Positions 50,942-64,000 of a stretch of 64,000 nucleotides of DNA are shown here, one piece after another; the first letter of the stretch is position 1, and each line of letters begins with the position of its first letter. This DNA comes from Paramecium tetraurelia (taxonomy: Eukaryota). The translations under genes were made by a program, and so were the position numbers. A model generated the notes under the pieces. It did not search any database. It had not been told where the DNA came from and saw only the letters and a program-made list of their open reading frames with translations. Where the stretch lies: the NCBI GenBank assembly GCA_000165425.1, contig CT868330.1, positions 186,001 through 250,000 of the forward strand, in the 5' to 3' direction.

Positions 50942-51535
50942 TAATAATATTAAACTATAATATATTATAATTGCTAATTTATAATTTATGTTTAACCATG
51001 TTTCTGTAAACAATTTCAGATAAAGCTGTTATTGCATTAGCCATTAGAAATAATCCTCCATGTCTTTGCTTTGTGAATTATTATAAGTCGAATTGAATTA
51101 CAACTAATAGAATTTTTCATATGTATTTCTTTAGAGCAATGTTGATTTATGCTGAATTTATGGAGCAGATATGGAGAAGCGGTATTGTGATTAAAAGTAA
51201 ACACTCGAAATTCAATTAGAATATCGCATGCTGACTAGTTTTATGCTACAGATTTAATAAATCAAAGAAGTATGATAAAAATAACAAATTTGATTAACAT
51301 CAATATATATTCTGCTTGAGTGACTTAAAATTATCATATCTATCTAATGTTTTTATCATCATAAAAAATATTATATAAAGTATTAAAAGCATATCCATTT
51401 TTAAAGTTAGATAAAATTTTAAGCCCTCCCAATTAATTTTGAGATATACTAATACCGATGAAAATGCAATATCCTCTTTAAAAGTGATAAATTAAATTAT
51501 ATCAAACATAAAATTATTTATAAATTTATAAAAAA

Positions 51536-51615
51536 TGTTGACGGCGAGGTTCGAACTCGCGCCCTTTCGGAATGGAGCCTTAATCCACCGCCTTAGACCA
51601 CTCGGCCACGTCAAC
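51536..51615 (-). tRNA. tRNA-Leu (AAG)
   Basis: GTTGACG/CGTCAAC acceptor, GTGGA-TTAAGGC-TCCAT anticodon arm, long variable arm, GCGAG-TTCGAAC-CTCGC; followed by T5. Confidence 0.95.
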
Positions 51616-53249
51616 TTGTATTGATAATTACTTTTAGAGTAGCATAAAAAGGGTACAAAAGTTGTAACGAAATATATATAAAATAATTAATAATTTATGA
51701 TAATTGAAAATATTTTTCAATAACTAGAATGATTGTAATCTATATGAGGATTAAATTTAATGTTATTAAATGATTTAAAATAGAAAAAATAAATTTGTTA
51801 ATTCAATAATATATTTTAATTCTGTAAAATAGTATTTTTACAATATAAAAGTTTCAAGATATTTTGGAATATTTTTGAATAATTACAATATAATTATAAT
51901 GTTATTTCAATTTCTAAATATTAGGTAAAGAGTTTGATCATCCAAGATTAACATATGATGTATCATTGATACAGCCTTCAGAGTATCTAATAAATAAATA
52001 AAAAATTCTATAGTTATATAATTCGTCACGCGTTCATGTTGGAGAAAATTCTGCTAGCTCAATAATATGTTTTTGCAATTCTGAGCAAACTTGTGAAAGG
52101 GCATCTTCTGAAGAAACTAACTGCATTCAACTTGTTTTTGAATTCAATATAAAAATGCTGATATTAAAAAATCTAGTCTTAATTTATATACTACTATTTT
52201 TAATTTATTTAAAATATTATTAATCTACATACTATTATTATTAATTTACATTATATATATATATAAAAATGGTATGTGCATTAATAATATTTTATGTAAG
52301 TTAATAGAAATAAAAATAATATTATTCATGTAATTCCATTTTATCATTTTTTATTAATTAAGAATAATTCTAGAAATATTAATCATAAAATGCAAATTTT
52401 TAATTTTTCAATCAATATTAAATAATTGTATTTTTATTAATAATTTTATTGTAAGTTCTATGACATTTAAGATATACATATTATGCACAAATAGAAATTT
52501 ATACCTTAATGAAAATTCTTTGGATAATCATCATATTTATAATTCTTTTAAATTTAAATTTTGCCTAGAAATTCTTAATAGTAATTATTCCTTAAAGGTA
52601 AATGCTAAATCATTTGTTTAGAGATAAAAATGATTTATTTTTCTTGAATCAAAATGCTACTCCAGCTTTTTAATAAGTATTTGGTCGTTTATGTAAAATC
52701 GAATTGATGATAATACAATTCCTGATGAAACTCAAAAATTAAGGCTATTTTTTTGTAATCCAATTGTATATACTACCAACGAATTAAATTTAAATGAACT
52801 CTTTGTCTAGAATTACATCAAATTCAAAAATATAAACAGTGTTGAGGGATCTGCACAGTTATAGGCCGATTGCAAATCAATAAATATAACTACTCTTTGA
52901 TATTTTTTCCCAAACCTATTATATATCTGAAATTAGTTTGAGTATTTTAGGTGAAGTTCCAATATTTTTAATGAAACCAAATTATTCTTTAATCAAATGT
53001 TCATATAATGTGTGGAGTCTAATTTCTAGCCATTTTATAATTGGACTTTACACTATTGTAGGACTGAATAGGTCTTATTTTGGAATATTTGTATTTTTTT
53101 TATATAAGGGAACTAGATGATTTTCTGCAAATTCAACACTAAATCAGCAGTTTCTTAAGGCCACAAATCAGAGAGCACACCTTATGCTCCTTGTTGTTTA
53201 ATCATTTATCAGATATAAGATCAAATGTTAACCCTTTATTTTATGACAC

Positions 53250-55904
53250 TCTTTATTTCATAAATCAAAATTCTCCTATTGATATTGGATTTAATTTAGG
53301 TAGTTGTAGCTGATTATATCCTTATAACTCTTAAAATATGGAAAGCTATTATAAGCAATTCTAAAGAATTTATTTATTACAGCTTATAAGCGATTCACCA
53401 TTTATGAAACAGTGCATGATGCCACCATCTCTTTTGAAAGGATTCGAAATTAGGAGTTTATTGATTGATTTGAATGCTTCTTCTGATTAATTATTTCTTA
53501 TTAACTTTCAATATTATATAGAGCGCGATTTATTGGTTGGTTATAACTGTAATTAATGCTTTTTAGTTTTTATGCTCTTCTTAAAAATCATTGAATTTAG
53601 TTAGTTTTCTTTTATATCTCTGAATATTATACTATTTAAACGATTTATTTAACTCAATAGAGAGAGTTTAAGTAGTATATATTTTATTTAATTGGATATT
53701 ACTGACATTGTTTAGCTGATAAATGTGACTTCTTTAGTTGGATTTTTGCCATTAAAATAAGTTGATCTGAGTAGCCTGTCTCATATATACTGAGATTGGC
53801 AAAAAATATTTCATTTATTAGTATATAGTCTGTTTTGCTTTTAACTTCTTTTCTTTAATAATATTTTTGAAAGTTTATTATTATCTTGAAATAACATCCT
53901 TCATTAAATACATTTAATTTATTGGGTCATTATTATATATCTCCAGGTATTATATGTAATGCTTAAGGTTTTGTTGACATTAAATATAGTATATAATTGT
54001 CTTGTGCCTTTTTAATATTTTATAATACTAAAGGGAGTATATATTTAGTATCAAAACCTCTAATTATTAACCTGTTACTTGGATTAGTATGCAATCTAAT
54101 AATTCAGGAACCTTAGGAAGTAAATTTGTGATATATTCTTTGAAAAGAATTGCTTATATATTCCAACTGTTATTCCTCCTCTATTTGAGTTAAGACTTTT
54201 TTATTTTATATGAAATGTATATGAAGGAGAGTTATCAATTCCTTTTCTTTTCTTGTTTCCTATAAACATAATATATGTGCCACGAAAGTTAAATTAATTC
54301 TGTATTTAGAGTATATGATTTTATATTTTGCGAGCATATGCTCTCTCTAGTATTCATACTATTGTTTGATGTGCCAGGATGATAGCACAAGTTCATTTTT
54401 CCTCCCCTCAAAAACTTTATTATGTTTTCTTGTGTTGTGAATTTTCAGGCTATATCCATTCTTGAATTTTTCTTTCAAATCTTCCACTTACCATTTGCCT
54501 CTAAGGGTCTTTGTGAACTGTTTTTTATTATTATAATTGCCATTTTATTCTTATTCTTATGATAATTATTTGATCAATTCTTCTTAATTACATTAGGGAT
54601 TTCATTTCCTTATTTTCTAATAATAACCTAGCATTTTTATCAGAAGAATGAGTTTATGATTTCATACTTTTTCCTTCAGTGTTACCATGTTTTAGAGTTG
54701 TAAACTAGAACCTAAAAAGAATCAGATCACTAGGTTTTTCTTTGAAATTACTAATTTAGTTCTGACTGCTGTACCCTTATTGTTTTATTAAATACTCTAT
54801 TTAAATTTTATAAGTTTGATTAATTTACTTTAAAATATTTCCACTTTTTGGATAAAATTTGTTTAAGTCTAGACAGAAGCACAGCTGAGATAATCTAATT
54901 AATTCCTGTTTATGCTTAAAACCATTTCTTTAGCATATTTTTTTGTTTTCTATTAATTATTACAATTCGACTTATCTTAGAAGTGGAAATGAATTAATGA
55001 CCATATGAGTATGTTTGAAAAGTGTTATAAAATATCTTAGTAGTTGTCCCACACATCCTGCATTCTCAATATCCCTACTTCTTCGGTTCTATGCTAATTA
55101 TTTAGAGGCTTAAATTATTGATATTCCTCTTTTTAAGCAAAGGCTTGATTTAGAGAGTCATTTCTCGTATACTTTCTAAAGTTTTCCCAATTTACCTACT
55201 TAAATTATCCTCTATTAATTATTATTATTTTTATGCCAATAGGTCACCAATTTGGCTCTAATCTAGCTTTTTTTGGTTGGTTGACTCAGCTATCTTTTCC
55301 AATTTTTAATTGGAAGCTCATATCACAAATATTCTTTAAAATTTTATTTTTACTATTTAATTACTGCAATTAATTTTACTATTTTTCTATATAATGAAAA
55401 TTATTGAATCATATTTTTATAAATTTATTTATTTATCTCTTTTTTGAAAATGGACATGGTGGTTATTTGAATTTTATTGTTATTATTTTTCTTAATTTAT
55501 TTAGAACATTGTTATTGGAAATTATATGATAATATTCTATTATATTTTAATTTATCAAATTAAAAATTTTTGCCAAGTATTTTTACTATTTTTATATATT
55601 ATGAGAGTTTAATAATTATTAATGCGTATTTTGTGAAAATATAAGGTGAGATATTTATATTTTTGTTTGTTTTATTCTCAACTCTTTTTCTCATCTTCTA
55701 CTTAATTTTTAAGAATGATGAACCTTGTGCATATTTCCTAATTAGTATATGGTTAATTTTGACTAAGTGTTTTTTTTTTCTATCTGATTATTATTCATTG
55801 GTTATGGAAACTAATTATCTCATTGTTTATTTTGTGTACTATTATTAGATATCTCCCGCTTTTGGGACAATAAGGTATTCAAATGGTTTATTCCTAGTGC
55901 TCAT
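53250..55904 (-). pseudogene. Long decayed gene(s) of unknown family
   Basis: Purine-rich minus strand with protein-like patches (MSTRNKPFEYLIVPKAGD; EDLKEKFKNGYSLKIH) interrupted by TGAs and frame changes. Confidence 0.35.
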
Positions 55905-56387
55905 TCGAAAATTTTCTATTTGTGCTTTAGTATTTTTAATAATATAGAAAATAAAAATAATATAATGAATATCATAATAAGATAACTAGATTATTAAATT
56001 TTTTAGAAATCTTATTTATTATTTGGTTTAATATCATTAAATTAGAAAGGGAAAATAAATGAAGATTTTTGTTGCAAATCAAAAAACTCGATTTAGTTAT
56101 GTTAAAACTGAACAAAAAAAAAACATTATTTCTAGATCAAATATTTTCTTTTTTCTTGAAGTTATATACAATTTGTAAGTGATAGTTTGTAGTCTAAATT
56201 TAGGTTGGAAATAATTTATTTCTAATTATTGTAGAGTATATAATATCAAAATAATTATAGGATTCAGTAAAATTATTGTTATTGTAGTGCTTTTAATGAT
56301 TGAACTTTAAAGTCTATTTCTACTTGTATTATATAGAAAGTTCCTCCAAAGTATATTATTTTCTATAAAATTTTATTAATTATTTTA

Positions 56388-57146
56388 ATGAGTATTTTAA
56401 GGTAATACTTTGACTGCTTTATGCCAGAACTCCGAGATTTTAACTATTATTTATGGGTGAAAGTTATTGTAATTTATAAACTAGTCTTGCCTGTAATAAT
56501 TTTAATTTTATACTTTCTTTATAGAGACTAAGATGAAACAGATAATTGGATAATTATTACAAATGTTATACTCTTAATAATCGGATTAGAAAATGGAATT
56601 GGTGTGCTTAGTTGGTTAATTTCTGAGACTTTTTCCATTTACACAATTATGTTTGTAAGTTTACAATTTTTTGTGATGCTCAAGCAGACCTCATAAAATA
56701 TGGTTGACTAAGAAAATAATGATAATACTAAATTATAAATTTTGTTTTGCCAAATTAATGAAATGATTTATAAATCATGTTGTTGGTTAAACTTTGCTAC
56801 TATGTTACCTGCAATCTTTATGCTCACGCTTATAACTGTTTGTACATGCTAGATCAAATTATTTTAATAATTGATAAAAAGAAATCTCCAATTACATTAA
56901 GAAGACTAATTTGAGGAATATATTGGAGATGAGGAAATTGAATGTTCAATCTGCATGGAAGAAATAAGGCAAATGGAAAAATATGTACAACTCCCTTGCA
57001 ATCATATTTTTCATTTATATTGTATTGGAAAATGGAAGAGCTACAAACAATTATGTCCAGTGTGCAGAAGAATATTTAAAAATATTTAAAATAGCAAATC
57101 GAAAAGATAATTCCAATTATCCAATGCTCATAAGGTTCAAATATGA
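56388..57146 (+). CDS. Membrane-associated RING-H2 E3 ligase-like protein
   Basis: 252 aa continuous ORF; TM helices; ECSICMEEI...LPCNHIFHLYCIGKW...CPVCR. Confidence 0.85.
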
Positions 57147-57249
57147 TTAGATTATGTTTATAAATTGACTTCATTTTTATAAATACAGATTGCTCCTCTT
57201 TTTTATAATTCTATTCGAATTATAAGATTTTTAAAAAGATTTTGTACAA

Positions 57250-59215
57250 AATTATAAGTATTATTTATCTACATAAATCGAAAAAAGACTATATTTGAAA
57301 ATTAAAAGAAACCTCACAAGCATACTATAGATATCAACTATCTAATTCTTATTTTATCTTTCATCTCTGCATCTCATAAAATAAGGATTACTGAAATTTA
57401 ACATTAATATACTTCGTTTTTTGAATTTTAATCATTTAAAAAATCTAATATTCTGTCACATAATCATACCATTTTTTAAAAGAATACAAAACATAAGATA
57501 TCTACAATGAATTAAATTAACAAAAGTAGAAGACCTCCAAATGTTATTTTTAAATTATAAATAAATTTTCAAATCGCAAATTCTTTATTATATTAATTTA
57601 CCATAAATCAATTGCGAATTGTAACTTCCTGCTTAACTTTCTGAAGATGATATACTTTTGCATTCTACATAATGGTTTACTTCTCTAATAAAGTGTTTTT
57701 GAATATATGGATCTCTTAATCTTTTAGTAATGATAAGCTTAATTTTTTCAAAAACTTGAAACATAGAAATAATTTAAAGTTCCATTCAACTAAACTGATA
57801 TTACCTTTTGTACTAAATAGTGTGATATTTATGGGTATATATTCTTAATATAAATAATTACTGGCTTTAATTGTTTGGTCATTTTTTGGTATGATTTCTA
57901 TTAGATTAACTCGAAAATCAGAATTACATTAAGTGTGTTAGAAACAGCTTTTGATCTATAAATAAAGAATCATTTAAAGTAAAAGATTAATATTAATTGA
58001 TTTATTTAAACTATATATTAGTATCTTCGAAAATCAATTTGTCCAATAACTATATTGAACTAGCAAAGGCTAGAGCTATTAAAAATGCTTTGAATTTGAG
58101 AAGTTTGTATTCTGACATAATAACTTCAATTGTAGAAATGTATGTTCCAATATTGCATAAAAAATACTCACTATAATCTCTCTATTTGATGATAAAATCC
58201 ATCATATCATCATATCGAAATATCTAATTGATTCATCAATTCTTAGAGAACTATAAGCATCTTGGCTTTAGAATGAGGAACCTATATTTAATCCTTCGGT
58301 CTTTAAGCAAATTTAAATAATATTTACCCATTTATAACAAAATACAGGTAATGCGATACCTGTACATCTACTAAGATTTGATTCCAAATCTACAGCTAGT
58401 ACTTCAAAGATTGCATAAATTCCAACAGCTAATTGCAATAAATAGGGAGTTAGGTTGGAAGATTTGTTAGTTTACTTGTTTTGTATATTTCATTAAATCC
58501 TACTCTTTGTGCCATTTTTACTTAGGAGGAAATGGCATTTCTTAATAAATCTTCTTAAGCTTAACTTTCAACTTAATTACTAACTAATAAAGTTTTACTC
58601 ATAAAACATATCTGTGTATTTCTATTAAATTTAAAGACACTCCTAATATTAATTATATGAAATCATCTTTCTCATTCAAAATTGATATATTCATTGAATA
58701 ATTACGAAAAATAGTAAAGTATTTGTTATACAACTAACACTCGCATATGACTTAATAAAAAATTTAATATTTTATGTAGGTTGTATATAAATTTTAAATA
58801 AAGAAAAATAATTGGAAATTATCTATTTCATTGAGACCTAAGACGAATTTTGAAGTTTATGATTAGGAACAATCTTTTCAATAAATAAAATCAAAGCAAA
58901 GCTATGAACCGCGACAAGAAATGATAATGGAAAATGTCTGTTTTTGAATTTAATCCAAAATATAGTGATAATTCATATTGTTTTGTGATCCAGGCAATAA
59001 TACAAAAGAGCAACTGATAAAAATAAACATCCTGTGAAGGTCTGAGAAATTAGGGAACAATGGCAAAAAGATAATATGGTTTTATACTTTTTTGCCTAAA
59101 AGTTTTAGATTTGTAGGGAAGATTAGCTGTAAATAAAATGATTAAGAATAAGATCAATAAACTTATAGATTTGACAAATATTATTATGTCTTCATTATCA
59201 TAATTCTAATTCTGA
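57250..59215 (+). pseudogene. Decayed gene of unknown family
   Basis: Protein-like patches (SSILRELQASWLQNEEPIFNPSVFK) in shifting frames with several TGAs. Confidence 0.3.
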
Positions 59216-59246
59216 ACCATTATAAATAATTATCATTTTTTATTAA

Positions 59247-60313
59247 TCATTACTATTCTTTTTGCAATTCGACTAGCGATAATTGGATCCTTTATTTAGA
59301 GAAGTCATCTAATTCTACATCCCCAACGACTTTAAATTCAAATTCTTTACAAGTCACAGGCAATGAAAAGCAAATGCCTTTTGGAATTCCGTAATGATTT
59401 CCATCAGAAATTACCTAGACTAATAAATTGTGATACTCCAAAGGAAGTCCAGTTGTCTTAAGAAGTGCCTAAAAACCACGTTCTTAAATGATCTTTCACA
59501 GCAATTGCTCCGGATATTGTACTTGCTCCTCTAGAGAGTTATAAAATCTATCCTCCTCTTTACTAGACTTACTGAATAAGAGCATTTCTCAAGAAATCCT
59601 TTGAAAATGTTTCTGATGCTTGTTTACCATTAATAATTGAATGAGTCATATCTGGGTATTAGGTTAGAGAGTGATTTCCCCAAATAATTACTTTTTTGAT
59701 TTAGTCAATAGTTGTATTTGCTTCTCTTGCAAGCTAAATTATTAAAATTTGACATACAGTTGAGACACATCTATTGTGATCTAGTTACATGAGAGATGTA
59801 AAATTTTGTTATGGAATTTTGGTGCATTAATGAGCCAAAGTAGCACAATTAGTGTTACTTGGATTTGCCACAACTAAAACTTTAACTGTAGATTTGGCTT
59901 ATTCATTCAAGATTTAACCCTGTGTTTATAATTTCAATATCGAACCTGTTGTATAAATATTTCTCTGTTCATTTATAACAGATCGCTTCTTTCCATTCCT
60001 GGTTTTCGAGGCATGGCTCCTAAAAATATTGCTACATCTGCATCTTTAAATGCAATTGCAGGATCACTTGACACTGTGACATTATTTAGAAGTGGGAATG
60101 CACAATCTTATATTTACATCTTGATTCCTTCTAATTCTTGTAGTTTTTCTGGTAATTCCAATAGTTACAATGAGAATTTTTAAGTTGATCCAAAAACTTA
60201 GCCAGATCCCAAAAGAGGATAACTACATTTCAATATTTTCAGTATTACAATGCAGAAGCTAAATTACCAGCACCTCCAGTAATTGCAATTTTTAATTCTT
60301 CAAATTTTTGCAT
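59247..60313 (-). CDS. Malate dehydrogenase, cytosolic (MDH1) type
   Basis: [56 protein letters not shown]; four short introns. Confidence 0.93.
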
Positions 60314-60336
60314 TTTAATTTTATTTATATAATAAT

Positions 60337-62193
60337 TCATAGTTCAATAAATTCTGTTGCTAATTCACTACTATATTCTTTTTTCTTTTTATTTATAAAA
60401 CACATTTCAAAACAATTTCCTAAGCTAATATGTGATTATTCCATTTTCAATTATTAATCATTATTTGATTGTTAAGTACCACCTTAACCTTATTCTGTGG
60501 ATTCCATAGATTAATCTTCACTTCGATTTATGGCACTTTTTTCATTGGATTTTTCATCTTTTGAACCTGGAGCGCCTAAACTGTGCCTTTCAAAAGTGGT
60601 TTGTCCTGTCAATAAATTGACGGTTTAGATGTAAATCAGAATTCTTAATTATAAATGTAAATTACCCCAAAGGTACAATAAAGAGTAAACAATAAACGAT
60701 AACATAAAAAAACGTAACCTTTTTTCCAATTAAAAGCCATTCTTCACTTAAAGTAGTATTTATAAACCATCTCTAAAGAGTATTGGATTTATAATGAGAA
60801 GATTACATGAAAAGCTGCAAAATGAATTCAGAAAATAAACTGATAATGAAAAAATAAAACACAAAATGGTTTCTAGTTTAATAAATTAAATTACTTTGCT
60901 CCAACGCAATTATTTATCCAAGGACAATGATGGTCATATACCATAACACATTATTAGCAAACATCGCAATGCTTAGATCTTTTAGGTCTGACTAACTACT
61001 ATAAGTGTTTTTATATATACCTTACAATCTGCACAAATGTTTGAACAGTCATATCTTTCTAACATTTAGAACATGTTTAATTTATTGTCTGTTCTCACTA
61101 CTCCAGCATCTTTGGCACACGAAATAAAGAAAAATATAACAGTTATACTAGTTAAAGAAAAGAATGTCCACATCCAAATAGTGCTAATAACAACTAAAAT
61201 GTATAGAATTAAATAGTTACATGGGAAAGTAAATAGAATAGTACAAATAAAACAAGTCATATACATAGAAAGAAAGGCAATCTGACTATTCCTTTATTAA
61301 GTCACTGGTCTGAATGGCTATCTAACATTGCAAAAGATAAGAATATCATTTTTGTCTCGCTAGAATTTATAATAAAATTACGATCATTATTTCAACTGTT
61401 TTGAAATCATTTTCTATCGCTAAATCTAAAGGTGTTTTTCCATTGGAGTCTTTAATTGAGCGATCAGCTCCTTTCATTAATAGTTTTCGGACAATTCTAG
61501 AATTCGCTTACATTGTAGCTAAATGCAATGGAGTAACAGAAGTATCTGTATCTTAAAGATTTAAATTAGCATTCCACGAGATCAAAAAATTTACAGCATT
61601 ATATGATCCTGAATATGCAGCCCAATGGAGAGGAGATGATCCTTTATTATCAATCACATTAATATCAATCCCTTTCTGGAGATAATAGTAAATAGTCAAT
61701 GGGCAGTCACCTTAAGAAGCTGTGTGTAAGACAGTTAACTCTTTAATAGGAAGTTATGATTTACCATTATAATTTTTTATTTTGTAATCTGCACCATATT
61801 ATTCAAGGAGTTTGATGGTTTTCTAATATTGTAAATATGAATACTAATGATCCTCGATAAGCTGCTAAATGTAATGCTGTGAACCCTTCATCATTTTGTT
61901 AATTAATCCATTGTTCAACTTCTTGTTTTGTATGAATGTTTTTATCTATTTATGCTTAGATGTATTAAAAATACAATTCACTTAATTGTTCGTTGTTGTT
62001 GTAACAAGACAGATGAATTACTTTTATTATCAAATCTTATACAAGTATATAGCTTTTGGGTTTTAAGTATTAACAGATTATGATTGTGATTTTCATAAAG
62101 GATTGCCTTGACGTTATATGTATCGTCAGAGTTTGCGTAATTAATGAGAGAACCAATGGCTTAACTATTTCTTCTGGATGATGATCTAGACAT
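60337..62193 (-). CDS. Ankyrin-repeat DHHC palmitoyltransferase (Akr1/ZDHHC13/17-like)
   Basis: Ank repeats (GFTALHLAAYRG, GSSPLHWAAYSG, TPLHLA); [31 protein letters not shown]; TM helices. Confidence 0.92.
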
Positions 62194-62240
62194 AAAATAA
62201 ATTAAAATATGTAATCATTATACATCATATAAAACTATAA

Positions 62241-64000
62241 TCAAAGTGATTGCCTATCATCAATCTAAGTAAACATATGTGTACTATAACTATCAAATTG
62301 CTATTGCGAAGGTCTTGCTGTCACTAATTCCTTTATTTTCAAAGGGGATTATTTTTTATTCTTTAACCCTTTTTTTAGCGTTGTTATATTGAAATTAGAA
62401 TAACAGACACCTTTTTTGGAATTGAGTTTGAAGTTTTTGACCAAGTCTCTCTTAACAGTGAGAGGCAGAATATGAAATTATGGTTTAAGATAATTTTCAT
62501 GGGGCTTCTTCAAATTTAATTTGTTTTCTAGCATAAATCTTCTTCTCTTGATAAGATCATTGCTCCCATTCCCAAAATCAAATTCTTAAAATTCACAACT
62601 TTTTATTAACTTATGAAATGTTTTTTCTCTGTCTATTATTTTAGCTATGCAAAAATTTTATACGCTGGGATTTGAATATTTAGTTAAAAAATGCTGATTC
62701 AATTAAATTTCCTTTGATTTTTTGAAACTTTCAACAATATGAATTTTACTCTAATCAATAATTACATCATCTATCTCTGTCAATAATCTTACCTATTCGT
62801 TTGTCAAATCTTTATTTGATAAATTCTATGCTCTCCTCTTCTACAACAATAATTACAACAATCTCTATCTATTAGCAGTTTTAGGGCCATAATCTTCCAT
62901 TAATTGTAATCTGCATTCTTCTGGAAACTTATGGATGAACTCATTTGCATCAATCACAATTACTGTAGCTAATAAGGATGTCACAACGCAGCTATATTCA
63001 TAGGTTCCATTCTTATTAATAATAATTTCCTCCCCAATCAAATGTCCTGAAGATATTATACATAAAGAAACATTTCGATTATCAATCCTTTTTTGTAAAG
63101 TCAAATCTCCATTTATCACTAAATAAAATGCATCTCCATCGTCATCCTCTGTAGCTAACTAAGTTGCTCTGTCATAAGTAATGGTTTAGCAACTGTATAT
63201 CATACTCTCTAATCTCTAAGATGAGTATTCATTATTCACATCTAAATCATTTAATTATTTACTTACTTTTGAATATTTTGAACATTAATTGTTACTTCTC
63301 TTTCTTTGTTTTTTCAAACGTCATCTAATATGTAAAGAAATCATCTTTCTTTAAAACTATCACAAATAATTCATGACTATAAGATGCTACTGTTAGTGAC
63401 CTAGGAATATTTTTCAACCAAAGCTTTCTCTCCAAATCCTGTACCTACACCTAACAACCTTATCGATTCTCCAAATTATTATTCTAATTATTATTTCTCC
63501 TCCTTAGATATCGTTGTCTCCTTATGAATATTATGATGTCTTATAATTTTATTTGTAAATTTCTTAGCATTTAGAATTTATGCCATTTTTAGTTATGGTT
63601 ATTGAACCTGTTCTGAATTCTATCTCTACAAAATCATCAACTAATCCATCTTTTTCTGTCTCATTAACATAACTTCTCCATATTATATGATATAAAGTTT
63701 ATCATTTGATGTATCATTCTCTTGGAACAACACTTCTCCTCCTTTAAAATATTCCATCCTCAATCGAGAGCACAACTACAAAATAAAAAACACAAAACTA
63801 CTTCCAAAATATCATTCCTTTGCGTTCCTTTCTGCAATTTCTCTGAAACGAATTATTTAAAGTATGGCAGTTCTTCCATCCTTTATAAAATGTAGTGTAA
63901 TTCTTCTCTAGTATGATTTTCCTTATTCATTGTAAGAAACATTTTCGTTGCCTCGTGTAACTAAGGATTATCACAAGTCTCATCAAGTGGTTTTAAGTAT
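62241..64000 (-). CDS. Cyclic-nucleotide-binding domain protein (two cNMP domains), 5' end outside window
   Basis: FKGGEVLFQENDTSNDKLYII; GTGFGEK..PRSLT; second domain EDDDGDAFYLVING..HLIGEE; frame open to the window edge. Confidence 0.82.

Noticed and set aside
59247..60313. MDH-to-LDH specificity switch, suggested by divergent GGAGNL and MQLDHNR motifs
   Set aside because: Substrate-loop arginines (PRKPGMER) and the catalytic D/R/H residues are retained, consistent with MDH.

Overview
AT-rich, gene-dense eukaryotic DNA that reads as a Paramecium (aurelia-type) macronuclear chromosome segment. TAA/TAG encode Gln (translation table 6), TGA is the only stop, introns are tiny (about 21-31 nt, GT...AG) and intergenic spacers are often under 50 bp. 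The supplied standard-code ORF track is therefore mostly uninformative, and I re-translated by hand. I can support about 35 protein genes, including WD40, Qc-SNARE, CCDC124/Lso2, an SDF2-like MIR protein, a CG-1 domain protein, two trichocyst-matrix-like precursors, AN1 zinc finger, Rab2-like, SLC44/CTL, two tandem Myb-like, TCTEX1D2, CHCHD2/10, TBC RabGAP, VPS16, CRC/tesmin, TMEM237-like, kinesin, MORN-SAM-TKL kinase, two RING-H2, MDH, Ank-DHHC and a cNMP-binding protein. There are three tRNAs (His-GUG, Gln-CUG, Leu-AAG) and several decayed genes consistent with gene loss after whole-genome duplication. I see no mobile element, CRISPR or telomeric repeat. Best leads: a tRNA-His with an extra nucleotide in the anticodon arm, an internally deleted NPHP4 relic plus a separate stand-alone NPHP4-type Ig-domain gene, a putatively lipid-anchored cytosolic MIR beta-trefoil, a stand-alone CG-1 protein, and a TMEM237-like gene that needs a non-canonical intron. 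All family calls are from manual motif recognition, not database searches.
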